A DNA stretch of 64,000 nucleotides from a virus. Lineage: Duplodnaviria; Caudoviricetes. A program made the translations under genes and the position numbers. Shown piece by piece: positions 10,514 through 20,266 of this stretch (positions within the stretch are counted from its first letter, which is position 1; the number at the start of each line of letters is the position of its first letter). The stretch covers positions 28,754 through 92,753 of the IMG/VR virus record IMGVR_UViG_3300014039_000311; one strand, 5' to 3'. Under the pieces are notes generated by a model. It saw only the letters and a list, made by a program, of their open reading frames with translations, was not told the origin of the DNA and ran no database searches.

Positions 10514-11470
10514 TTACTGAAATATTTTATTGATTTCTTCTATCCAATTATGTTTTATCACCGCCTTATATGCTCCTTGATGATTTACTATAAAATCTGT
10601 CTTATTTTTACATTTCATCGCAGCCTTCAAACAGTTTTTCTTACAGTTCCAAAATCCGTTCGAATATTTCTTTTTATCATAGATGCCAAACTCATCAAAC
10701 CACCCATTTTTAAGACAAACATAATAACATTGATAATTCGCCTTCCGTAAATCACATTTATAAATATAATCCTTGCAAAATTCCTTACATTTATCGTAAG
10801 TCCATTGTTTATTCAAGCCAAGTGAGCCACTATGTTCTCCTGTCTTTGCAATATTCAATACTTTCCATCCTTTATCCTTGTATATAGTAACCCAACGATC
10901 TTCTTGTATTAAACTTTCCCTTGCATTCAAATTTTCTTCTTTAATGATCGGAGAAGGAATATCAATGTTATTATTATTGCAAAACATATACAAGGAATCA
11001 TATGTTATCCTTCCATCTGAATGTCTTCGGCCTCTTCGATGTGATAAGTCTCTCTCATGTAGATTTATTGTTCTTCCTATATAACAAGCATTATACGATT
11101 TAATTTCATATACATATATCAGATTATTTCTTTTTTCAATATCATTAAATCTTTTATCATCTTTAATGAATACGTTTTCATCCAAGTAAGCGATGCAGTC
11201 GTTCTTCAAGGCAGCATTATAACCACTTTTACAGTGTTTCCTAAAATCTTTCTTTGTACGATATCTTTTTGCCTCCACGATAATATTATCGATTTTATCC
11301 CAATAGCCTACAGGTTTAGACTTTAATGGAAATATATCGTGCAACCACCCGTTCCTTTTCAAACCCATATAACATCCGTAGCAATTCTTTTGTAAATCAG
11401 AAATACATTTATATTTTACGGCTTCATTAAGACAGTTATTCTTATTATTCCAATAATTAATCTCTCTCAT
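10514..11470 (-). CDS. GIY-YIG endonuclease with flanking ~45-aa repeats
   Basis: IYVY...YIGRT...R..SH nuclease core; YW...C..EA..Y....Y...NGW repeats on both sides. Confidence 0.7.
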   Translation of the reverse strand: MREINYWNNKNNCLNEAVKYKCISDLQKNCYGCYMGLKRNGWLHDIFPLKSKPVGYWDKIDNIIVEAKRYRTKKDFRKHCKSGYNAALKNDCIAYLDENVFIKDDKRFNDIEKRNNLIYVYEIKSYNACYIGRTINLHERDLSHRRGRRHSDGRITYDSLYMFCNNNNIDIPSPIIKEENLNARESLIQEDRWVTIYKDKGWKVLNIAKTGEHSGSLGLNKQWTYDKCKEFCKDYIYKCDLRKANYQCYYVCLKNGWFDEFGIYDKKKYSNGFWNCKKNCLKAAMKCKNKTDFIVNHQGAYKAVIKHNWIEEINKIFQ

Positions 11471-11473
11471 CTG

Positions 11474-12871
11474 TTACCTTGAATACCTTAAATCATCAAA
11501 ATGGTTTTTCTTAATTGAATTATAGCAACCGCCATATATCTTTATCAATTCTCTCGCATTCTTACATTCCTTAAACGCCTTACGACAATTTTCATAATCA
11601 TCCCAATATCTATTCGGTAATTTCGAATATTTAAAGAAATCTTGAAGCCATCCCTTCTTTCTACTAGCATTATAGGCACTTTGATTTTTTATCTTAAATT
11701 CAGTTATGTTCCTATATCTTGAGGCTTCCTCTCTGCAAGCCTCATAATTCCACTTGCATATTGCACCTAAGGAACCCTTGTTAATACCCGTGGTGGCAAT
11801 ATTCAAAGACGTCCATCCTTTATCAATGTATTCTTTCAGATAAAAGTCCTCATAATATTGGCTTTCTGGAGCGGTAAGGTTTTCTTTGAGTATTACGTAT
11901 GGAGGGATTTCAATCCCTTTATCATTACAGAACTTAAAAATAGAGTCGTTATGGTCTCTAATGTGTTGTTGATTTCTTCTCTTTAAATTATTCGTTCTCC
12001 CGACATAAAAAGTGTTATAATCGACAAAGAGATAAATATATACAAGATGAATCTTTTCATCATATGAATGATATAATATTGTTTTATCGTATAGATTATT
12101 TATCTCATTCTTCCAACCGTTTTTAATCGCACAATGATAAGCACCATAACATTTGAGCTGAAACTCTTTCAGATTCCTATATTTCTTGGCTTCATTAAAG
12201 CAGTTTTCCTTTATATCCCAATATCCATTAGGTTTCCTCTTCTTGAAATCAGGGAAACAATCCGTCTCCCAATGATGCTTCAATACCGATGCATAGCATC
12301 CATTACTTTTGTCCTTCAATTCTGTCATCGTCTTATACTTCTTTGCTTCTTCGATGCAATGGGCTTTATTATTCCAATAACCGAATTCCTTGCCATTATG
12401 TCGGTTAATATTAAAAAATCCGTCTTTCCATTTATTGCGAACAATGGAATTATAACAGTATTTATTGTTTTTCTTTAATTCAGTGATTGTTGAATATTTT
12501 TCACATTCTTTTTTACAATTTACATAGTCATTCCAATATTTAAATATTTTATAATCAGGATAATCGGCAAACACTTCTTCAAGCCATCCATTTTCTTTCA
12601 TCGATAAATAACAAACAGGTGATAGTCTGATAAAGGTCGCAAAATTCGGATATCTTTTAGCTTTAACAATACAATTTTCTTTATTATCCCATTTAGTGAT
12701 GACTTTACCTTTATTAGGATAAAATATATTAATCCATCCATTACGACTTATAGAATTATAACAAGCTGATGAATTAGATTTTAATTCCTTAAGATTTTTA
12801 TATTTTTGACATTCGATTTTACATATATCGAAGTTATTCCAATATCCATTTGGTTTCCTTTTATTTTCCAT
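11474..12871 (-). CDS. GIY-YIG endonuclease with five N-terminal and two C-terminal ~45-aa repeats
   Basis: VYIY...YVGRTNNLKRRNQQH core; tandem repeats of (G)YW..xxNC..EAKKY....CY....NGW. Confidence 0.7.
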   Translation of the reverse strand: MENKRKPNGYWNNFDICKIECQKYKNLKELKSNSSACYNSISRNGWINIFYPNKGKVITKWDNKENCIVKAKRYPNFATFIRLSPVCYLSMKENGWLEEVFADYPDYKIFKYWNDYVNCKKECEKYSTITELKKNNKYCYNSIVRNKWKDGFFNINRHNGKEFGYWNNKAHCIEEAKKYKTMTELKDKSNGCYASVLKHHWETDCFPDFKKRKPNGYWDIKENCFNEAKKYRNLKEFQLKCYGAYHCAIKNGWKNEINNLYDKTILYHSYDEKIHLVYIYLFVDYNTFYVGRTNNLKRRNQQHIRDHNDSIFKFCNDKGIEIPPYVILKENLTAPESQYYEDFYLKEYIDKGWTSLNIATTGINKGSLGAICKWNYEACREEASRYRNITEFKIKNQSAYNASRKKGWLQDFFKYSKLPNRYWDDYENCRKAFKECKNARELIKIYGGCYNSIKKNHFDDLRYSR

Positions 12872-12890
12872 TCAATTTATCCTTAATAGT

Positions 12891-14396
12891 TTACGAAATG
12901 TATTTTGAATTAGTATAGGTATATTCGATAAAACCGCAATCCCATATTCGGTAATAATCATTATCTTTTCTGTTAATTAACGTTATAATTTCAGTTTTAT
13001 TTATCCTTTTTCCATGACCATTAGTATATGTATAGTCAACATCGAGTACTTTATTGAAAATAAACCCGTTCTTAGTATATAAATTATTATCCTTATCGTA
13101 TTCCCATCTTCGGTCAATAAAAGCTTTTATGCTCTTGCAATTATATTCGTTGGTAAAAAATTTTATTATCTTTGAAAAGGTATCTTGAACTGTGTAATGG
13201 ATATCGTTAGCAAACCTATCAAGTATCCATTCTTCATCATGACGCCTACTGAGTGATATTACACTCATTAATTTTTCCTGATAAAACGCTCCTAAATGGA
13301 TATCTGCGTCGCAATAACCTTGAATATTGTTATAATTCATAAATTTTTCTGCCTCATCATTTCTAAGCTCTCTGATACTGCATTCTCTCGTCTCAATTTT
13401 AGGTAATGATTTATCAAGTTCTAGTAAACGACTTATCTTACTAAACAAGGCTTCTTTATGAAAGATATACTCGTCCTCGAAAATATGAAATAATTTAATT
13501 CCTTTCTCTTCACATTTATTCTTCTTGGAAAGGTGGTAGTATTTATCTTTATTAAACTGCTCAGAATGCCATCGTAGTCCATTATATTCAAATGCAATAT
13601 GCTTCTGAGGCAAATAAATATCGAGTTCCTTTCCATCGAGAATAGAATGATTTCTTCGTTCGATTGATAAGTCAGATTTACCCTTGATGAAGTCAACAAT
13701 TTCGTCTTCGGCATCCGATCTATGATTACCACATTTAGGGCATCCTTTTCCTTGTAATAATGCATCTGGACAAATTTGAAATTCTCCATGCTTTATACCC
13801 TTATTGTTACACTTATTGCATATTAAGGTAATCTTTGTTTGACTTGATATATATTTAACTTTGCTAAAGTCAAGCCACTCACAATCGGATATTTTCTTAA
13901 GCTTATCAATAAACGTCTCAGTCGTATAGGTCTGCGATTTTATCTGCCTTTGTCTTCCAATTTCAGGATGGGTGCCGCCTTTCAAATGCACGATAGGCTC
14001 CTGCCAAAAGACCCCATACTCTGTACCATCTGGACGTAAATCGTGTGAAATTATCTTGACTTTGATGTGCATACCTTTATATTCAACTTCAGAATAATCT
14101 AAATTTTCTCCTTTGTGTACCTCCTTAAATCTTTTAATTATTTTGTCTCGTGAAAATAGCTTGCCTTTTGATATACGTAACCCTTTTTTATCAGGATGAC
14201 ATTGTCCCTTTAAATGGTTCGACGGTGTTTGCCAAAACTCACCGTATTCGACACCATTTGGGCTCTTGTCGTGATCTATTATTTTTACTGGTGTACGATT
14301 ATTAATATATTCAACTTCAGAATAATCTAAATTTTCTCCTTTGTGAATATGCTTTGCCTTTAAAATAAAGTTATTTTTTAATATATTTCTATCCAT
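12891..14396 (-). CDS. Hef-like homing endonuclease (repeat DNA-binding units + PD-(D/E)xK/Vsr-like nuclease + GNAT-like tail)
   Basis: ELDIYLP...AFEYNGLRWH, IFEDE; tail RFA...DRRW...IWDCG; immediately downstream of capsid gene. Confidence 0.7.
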   Translation of the reverse strand: MDRNILKNNFILKAKHIHKGENLDYSEVEYINNRTPVKIIDHDKSPNGVEYGEFWQTPSNHLKGQCHPDKKGLRISKGKLFSRDKIIKRFKEVHKGENLDYSEVEYKGMHIKVKIISHDLRPDGTEYGVFWQEPIVHLKGGTHPEIGRQRQIKSQTYTTETFIDKLKKISDCEWLDFSKVKYISSQTKITLICNKCNNKGIKHGEFQICPDALLQGKGCPKCGNHRSDAEDEIVDFIKGKSDLSIERRNHSILDGKELDIYLPQKHIAFEYNGLRWHSEQFNKDKYYHLSKKNKCEEKGIKLFHIFEDEYIFHKEALFSKISRLLELDKSLPKIETRECSIRELRNDEAEKFMNYNNIQGYCDADIHLGAFYQEKLMSVISLSRRHDEEWILDRFANDIHYTVQDTFSKIIKFFTNEYNCKSIKAFIDRRWEYDKDNNLYTKNGFIFNKVLDVDYTYTNGHGKRINKTEIITLINRKDNDYYRIWDCGFIEYTYTNSKYIS

Positions 14397-14488
14397 TACA
14401 TTTATAGTCCTAATAAACTAAAAGACAAAATTATATAATTTGTCTTTAATAGCAAAGAAAAAAATAGTTAAATAACTATAAAAAAAAA

Positions 14489-14510
14489 AGACACTACATT
14501 ATGTAGTGTC
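14489..14510 (-). terminator. terminator after major capsid gene
   Basis: gacactacat-t-atgtagtgtc inverted repeat with adjacent A-run (U-tract on minus strand). Confidence 0.65.
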
Positions 14511-14537
14511 CTTCAATATAATTAAGATATTGTTAGA

Positions 14538-16475
14538 TTATCTCAATTCATTAGGGTTCCAATAAACCAAACCGTCGACCTTTATTGCTCCATAGTATCT
14601 ATTATTTACTAACTTCTTGGCATAACGGGTACATATACCCTTTACAGGTGCGAAGTTAAATGGATTATACATTGTAGGTGTTAATGCCATCGGAATATAT
14701 GGGGCATATATGTAGCCAGTGTCGAGCAAGCTTGTACCGTGGTGTCCCATAATCAGTGACCAATGAGGTGCGTATGGGTCGACAATCACCTGATAACGTC
14801 CTTGCAAAGAACCAATCTTCTCAATACCCATATTGTATTGGTCACTCTCGGCAGATGCATCTGTCACGTGGAAATACTCAAGGTCATTCAACACAGCAGA
14901 AATCTCAGCAGAAACTACGATGAAGTTTGCACCACCACGTAATGTAGCCTTCTGGATCTGTGCAGAAATTTGGTTAATCTTAGTCATCAAAGTCTGGTTC
15001 CAATCCTTCTGTGTATAGACAGTCGATGTGGTAGCCAAACGTTGCCATCCGTTATAGTCCCAACGTGCTTGCCAAGGAGCTGCCTTACGTAAATCACGAA
15101 GAATCTCACGGTCAATCTCGGCTGCGATTTGCTCAGAAAGGATTGCTGTCAACTCAGCTTCGGCATCGATATTATGGAAAGCGGACACGTCTTGTGCAAG
15201 TTCAGGTGACCAAGTAGCTCTCAACTTTCTTTCCTCGACAGATACTGTTTCTGAAGTAAGTTGGAATGAAACCTCACCCATCTCAGTCTCCAATTCGAGC
15301 GAATCGTACTGTGCCCAAGCAATCTGGAATAACTCGTCGGCCAACAATGCGTTATCATCATCCTTGTCAGTCAAGTCAGCGACCTTTGTAGGATCGATAC
15401 CGATATAACCATTAATTGTCTTACCTTGTTTCTTGCAAGGCTTTGTCAAGTCAAGTTCGATATACATCTTACCCTTGCCATCACAAATGTTTGCCTTACC
15501 CTTATCGTCGTTATAATTAACCAACTGGTCACCATACTTCTGAGTTACGAAACGGAAAGGAATTGATTCACCTTTTTTGAACGATGTGAAATCATCACCA
15601 CCATCAATATCTTTTGTAACAATAACCTTCATTGAAGCTGTAAATGCTTCGCTATCCATTTCATTACCGTCAGGACCGGTCAAACGACCTGCATTATAAG
15701 AAGAGAAACCTCCTACTTGAAGCAAAAGGCTGCTCAAAGAGTTATCCATGCTATTCAAAGGCAAATGTGCCACATCCTCTACTGAATGATAAGCACCATC
15801 TGCACCGATTTCAACGACACTTGCAGTACCTACCTTAATAGTTACACGACCTTTAGAGTTGTCGAACAAGAAATCATTGTAGAACAAGTCGTACAAAGTC
15901 TTCTTCATATAGGTTGTAACCTTTGGTGTTGTGTGATCCTTGTCAGTCTGTACTGGTTCTACAACCTCATCAGGGAGACCATAACGACCGTATGATTCGA
16001 ATGAACGTCTTGTCTTATCATTGGCATCGAAACTAGAACCATCATAGAAACGGTTTTGTCTCTGATAACCTTGGAGACCTACGTGGCGTCCAGTATCACC
16101 GTCTGTAATCTTAGTAGCGTCTTTGAAATCCCAATCTCTCTCTGATGTAACAGGCTTGATGAAGAACAACTTTCCGATAGGAAGGTTCATTGCCTGTACT
16201 GATACGATGTCGTTTGCAAGCAATTTTGAGAACACACGACGAATAAGAGGGAATACAACTGTCTCGAATGAACCTGAGTTATCAGCGGTAGTTGCCTCGT
16301 AAATCAAGTGTTTAGCCTGACTTTCGTAAAGAGTTGCGATACTCTCCTTAATATGTCCTTGCAAACCGTCGAGAAGACCAAGGTTTTCCCAACGTTTCTG
16401 AATATCTTCTCTGATTTTCTTTTGTGCGTTGAGTTCAATGTTGCCAACCGCACCACTAGTTAATAATTCACGCAT
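14538..16475 (-). CDS. major capsid protein, T4 gp23-like
   Basis: VSVQAMNLPIG.LF, RKLRATWSPELAQD, AEAELTAILSEQIAAEIDREI, YAPYIP, TRYA motifs. Confidence 0.95.
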   Translation of the reverse strand: MRELLTSGAVGNIELNAQKKIREDIQKRWENLGLLDGLQGHIKESIATLYESQAKHLIYEATTADNSGSFETVVFPLIRRVFSKLLANDIVSVQAMNLPIGKLFFIKPVTSERDWDFKDATKITDGDTGRHVGLQGYQRQNRFYDGSSFDANDKTRRSFESYGRYGLPDEVVEPVQTDKDHTTPKVTTYMKKTLYDLFYNDFLFDNSKGRVTIKVGTASVVEIGADGAYHSVEDVAHLPLNSMDNSLSSLLLQVGGFSSYNAGRLTGPDGNEMDSEAFTASMKVIVTKDIDGGDDFTSFKKGESIPFRFVTQKYGDQLVNYNDDKGKANICDGKGKMYIELDLTKPCKKQGKTINGYIGIDPTKVADLTDKDDDNALLADELFQIAWAQYDSLELETEMGEVSFQLTSETVSVEERKLRATWSPELAQDVSAFHNIDAEAELTAILSEQIAAEIDREILRDLRKAAPWQARWDYNGWQRLATTSTVYTQKDWNQTLMTKINQISAQIQKATLRGGANFIVVSAEISAVLNDLEYFHVTDASAESDQYNMGIEKIGSLQGRYQVIVDPYAPHWSLIMGHHGTSLLDTGYIYAPYIPMALTPTMYNPFNFAPVKGICTRYAKKLVNNRYYGAIKVDGLVYWNPNELR

Positions 16476-16550
16476 ATTTTAATATACAATTTTCACTTAT
16501 TATTATATAAATATTACCTTGTTATAAGAAAATTAACATTTTTTAACAAT

Positions 16551-17900
16551 TTATTGTACTTTGTCAAGTCTTCTCATAAAATCAAGGGTTTCTGACAAAT
16601 CATCTGACTGATACATCGGAGTCTCGACAGTGTGTTTTGTCGCCTCTGACAATTGTGCATTAAGAACATTGTCTACGTTCTGAGACTGATGCGTACGATG
16701 TAACTCCTCGGTAATAGTCTTGTACAAAGAATTACTCTCGTTGCAAGTCTTTACGTCGTTGAAACGTTTAATAATGGATTGTTTTTCTTCGGCAGTTGTC
16801 GCATTTTCTTTAAGCAATTTAACGATGTTACCAAGGCTTTGGTTAATTACGACGGCTTCCTGCAAACGTTTCTGTAATTCTGGCAATAATGACTTAAGTT
16901 CCTTGTTCTCACGGAAAATCTCATTCGCCTTTCTCTTGATACCTTCCATCTGTGCCTCACTATAAGAGTTATCTGCTGTTCCGTGAATTTGCTTTCCTCC
17001 TGCGTGGGCATTACGTCCTTTAGCAGCCTTTGAATTAGTGTTGGTATGAACCATACCATTTCCACGATTGTATGCACCTTGTTCTTGGGTTGTCATTGCT
17101 TCATTGACATCTTGATCGAACGGTGCAGTGTCACCTTTTCCTGGGAATGGTTTCTCAGTACCTGTAGGTACACCACCATCCATTGAGTAGGTTTTGCTTG
17201 TATCAGCAGGTTCATGATTATCAGGGGTTGTCATTGCTGTCTTTTTCTGATAATTGTCGGTATAACCTACGTTGCCATGATTTTCAGCTTCACCCAATGA
17301 ATCGTCTACATCGTCGGCACAAGCATCATCGTCTAGATCAACTTGGATAATATATTCCTTGTTGGTCTCATCGTCAGTCAATTCGATGTTTCCATCATCA
17401 TTCTTAACAACACGCACGCCATCTTCAGGCTTCATTACTTTCAGAACTTTGATGACCTCGTCGGCATCCATTCCTGTCAAGTCATATTCTCCGTCCTCAC
17501 CTTTGTAATCCTCAAGACCACTCCATACATCATCGTCAGTGTCATCAGTAGTGTCATCTGCTGCATTTGCGTCTGCATCATCAGCAATGGCATCACCATC
17601 GTCACTCGTACCTTCTTCAGCGTCATCAGTTGCTGTAACATCATCATCAGCTACAGTAACATCGTCAGTAGAAGCATCGTCGTCTTTCGTATCATCGACA
17701 GGTTTAGTATCGTCGTCTGTGACTTCTTCCTCTTCGAAAGAATTTGCGTCCTCAGATATGATTTGTCTTAAATTTCCTTTTACCTCGTCTTCAAGCAATG
17801 ATTTGATTGTAGACTCAGTAATACCCTTCAACTGTTTTTCAAGGGTTTCCTTATCTTCGAGTAAATTTCTTACATATTCACTTCGGATATTCTTTGCCAT
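16551..17900 (-). CDS. prohead core/scaffolding protein, gp22-like
   Basis: Between protease and capsid genes; very acidic, coiled-coil C-terminus, many L/I/V-x-E sites. Confidence 0.75.
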   Translation of the reverse strand: MAKNIRSEYVRNLLEDKETLEKQLKGITESTIKSLLEDEVKGNLRQIISEDANSFEEEEVTDDDTKPVDDTKDDDASTDDVTVADDDVTATDDAEEGTSDDGDAIADDADANAADDTTDDTDDDVWSGLEDYKGEDGEYDLTGMDADEVIKVLKVMKPEDGVRVVKNDDGNIELTDDETNKEYIIQVDLDDDACADDVDDSLGEAENHGNVGYTDNYQKKTAMTTPDNHEPADTSKTYSMDGGVPTGTEKPFPGKGDTAPFDQDVNEAMTTQEQGAYNRGNGMVHTNTNSKAAKGRNAHAGGKQIHGTADNSYSEAQMEGIKRKANEIFRENKELKSLLPELQKRLQEAVVINQSLGNIVKLLKENATTAEEKQSIIKRFNDVKTCNESNSLYKTITEELHRTHQSQNVDNVLNAQLSEATKHTVETPMYQSDDLSETLDFMRRLDKVQ

Positions 17901-17983
17901 TACAAAATAATTTTATATTTAATTATAAATATGTACCAATAATCAAAAATATTTAAGTATCTTATCAGTACTGAAAGTTTTTA

Positions 17984-18709
17984 TCAAATACCGAGTATTT
18001 GATTTATTTTATTTATTTTTTCATTAATTATAGGCTTCTTTTCCTTGGTTTTATCATCCTCAACGAATGGCTGCAATTCTTCTTCACTTTGCCTTATCCA
18101 CGCATTAGGTGTACTTGGTTCCATTACCACGTCCCAACATATTAATTCAAAGTCATCATCTACGACGACTTTTCCACCTGGTATTTGTTTCACGGAACCT
18201 ACACCTCGTGACGATACTCCTATTAGATAACCAGATAAAAGCATATTTGCCACCATATCACCACTTGTAGAACAAATACCATATTGTTTATAACCAGGAG
18301 ATAAATGGAGTTCCATTGTGCCTACCAAAGTATGATTATCCCAATGCAATTCCAATATGTTATGTGATACGTCATGTCCTGATAAACTTGAGCTGCTTGG
18401 ATGGTCAAGACTTCCTATTGCGCAACGTTTATTCACTCTGTCATTTATGTATTTGTCGACTTCACGTTTTAATATTGCTTCAGGATAAATACGATTGTTT
18501 GCGTTAGGAATACCGAACTTTTGGAAAACTGCGGATACGACAAAGTGGTCTGGACAAACGAATTTATGTCCAGACTCAATGTCTTCACGTATTTGTTTAA
18601 TTGAATCTTGTTCTGTTATAATATGACCGTCATTCTCAATGAGCAAACCAGTACCTGTTTGCCCTTTCTTAATTTCGGTCAATTGAGATGTATATTGTTC
18701 ACTATTCAT
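17984..18709 (-). CDS. prohead protease, T4 gp21-like
   Basis: NANNRIYP, GSLDHP, VSH, GVSSRGVGS, WDVV.EPSTPNA motifs. Confidence 0.9.
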   Translation of the reverse strand: MNSEQYTSQLTEIKKGQTGTGLLIENDGHIITEQDSIKQIREDIESGHKFVCPDHFVVSAVFQKFGIPNANNRIYPEAILKREVDKYINDRVNKRCAIGSLDHPSSSSLSGHDVSHNILELHWDNHTLVGTMELHLSPGYKQYGICSTSGDMVANMLLSGYLIGVSSRGVGSVKQIPGGKVVVDDDFELICWDVVMEPSTPNAWIRQSEEELQPFVEDDKTKEKKPIINEKINKINQILGI

Positions 18710-18753
18710 TTATTTTATAGCATCTGAACTAATCTATAAAATAAATATTTATA

Positions 18754-19182
18754 TTAATCCATTTTTAGCCTAAAATCAGTGCCTAATCTTTCTGATATTG
18801 AAAGATTTATTTCATTCGTTAAATTAGAGACACTTTCGTTATGAGATGAAACACCTCTTGAATTATAAGGCTTCACGTAAACATCATATTTAATGAAACT
18901 ATATTTTCCGTATTTAATAGACTTTGAACTTATATCAGTATTAGCAAGACATTCATCTGAAAATTCAGTCGAATTGCGTACTCTTGACCTTATTATGCTG
19001 ATAATGTCATCCTTCAATGAATTAATGTCATTTTCATAAGTTGTCTTTTTTATTAAAGGTTTTATTCTTCCTTTGCATCTGATAATTAAAACTTTGGGAT
19101 TTTCGTCTTCCAATACCGTGCCGAACGTTACATTTATTCCATTTTGTTTACCAATATTTTGATACTCGACTCTATTATTCAT
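18754..19182 (-). CDS. hypothetical protein
   Basis: 142-aa ORF in head cluster, preceded by TATATTTG (minus, 19207-19214). Confidence 0.6.
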   Translation of the reverse strand: MNNRVEYQNIGKQNGINVTFGTVLEDENPKVLIIRCKGRIKPLIKKTTYENDINSLKDDIISIIRSRVRNSTEFSDECLANTDISSKSIKYGKYSFIKYDVYVKPYNSRGVSSHNESVSNLTNEINLSISERLGTDFRLKMD

Positions 19183-19298
19183 TTATTACGTTAACATAAT
19201 ATGGTACAAATATATTATTTATTTTAACAAAATTAATAGTATAAATAAAAAAAAAAATCTGAAGCAATTATAATAATCACTTCAGACTACATTTATAA

Positions 19299-20234
19299 TT
19301 ATAATGTTTCTTGGATTTTGATGAAATTTAATATATCGTCAATTAATGTTTTCTCATTATATCTTTTCTCGTTTAAAGTAGTTTTGATGTTTTGCCACTG
19401 TTCCTTGTCTTCCTCCGAAGCATTGGTAATTGCCTCATCGATACTATTAATGGTTTCAGTTTTATAATCCTCGAACAAGGCAGATTTATCAGTCTTGGAT
19501 GAAACAATACTTTCGACCAACTTAACCTCATCATCAGTCAGTTTATCATATTTTTCTGTAATCTCAGACAATGTCTGTTCGTAATTCTCTTCAATGTTAT
19601 TAACGTTACTCTTACCTTTCCTTTCAAAATTTTCAATCAGATTATCCTTTACCTTGTTGAATTCATCAACGTTATTGAATGTCTTCTTATTAGTCAAAAT
19701 AAATTCAATCTCTTCATACAATTTAATAGTGTCTTCATCGATATCCAACAGTTTATTAACATTGGAATTTGTTTCGACTAAATCTATCAACTTGTCGTTT
19801 GCCTTTTTAATTGCTTTTTTATTAGTATTAACATCTGAAATACATTCGATGATACCATCAACATACTTTTCCGGATTACTTACATTCTTTTTATTACATA
19901 TGCTGTTGTATACGTCAAATTGTTCTTTCAAGACTTTATCATTTTTGATTAAATTACTTACCTCGTTGATAAATTTTTTGCCGACACGGGTTTTCATATT
20001 CTTTAGAAGACTATCTTCAAAGATGTGATAACATATTCCGAAGTTGCGGTTCTTGCCATATAATTTATCCCTATCAGTGTTTTCAATGCAATATAAGGTG
20101 TTTGCTTTGTTATATACATCATTGGCTCTCTTACGATAGTCTTCGCCCTCGTTTATCTTATTCTTGGAGTAGCATTCAATGGCTTGTTCCATCAAGGATT
20201 TGCCTTCATTATATAATTTATCTAACTTATCCAT
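19299..20234 (-). CDS. hypothetical head-cluster protein
   Basis: 311-aa helical ORF between portal and protease; TATTTAT upstream. Confidence 0.6.
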   Translation of the reverse strand: MDKLDKLYNEGKSLMEQAIECYSKNKINEGEDYRKRANDVYNKANTLYCIENTDRDKLYGKNRNFGICYHIFEDSLLKNMKTRVGKKFINEVSNLIKNDKVLKEQFDVYNSICNKKNVSNPEKYVDGIIECISDVNTNKKAIKKANDKLIDLVETNSNVNKLLDIDEDTIKLYEEIEFILTNKKTFNNVDEFNKVKDNLIENFERKGKSNVNNIEENYEQTLSEITEKYDKLTDDEVKLVESIVSSKTDKSALFEDYKTETINSIDEAITNASEEDKEQWQNIKTTLNEKRYNEKTLIDDILNFIKIQETL

Positions 20235-20266
20235 TTGTTTAACTTTTTATTATTATAAATAGTCTG

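Noticed and set aside
17343-17910. Antisense ORFs over the scaffold gene, and similar ones at 31190-31749 and 56747-56968
   Set aside because: They are shadow frames of acidic low-complexity genes on the opposite strand.
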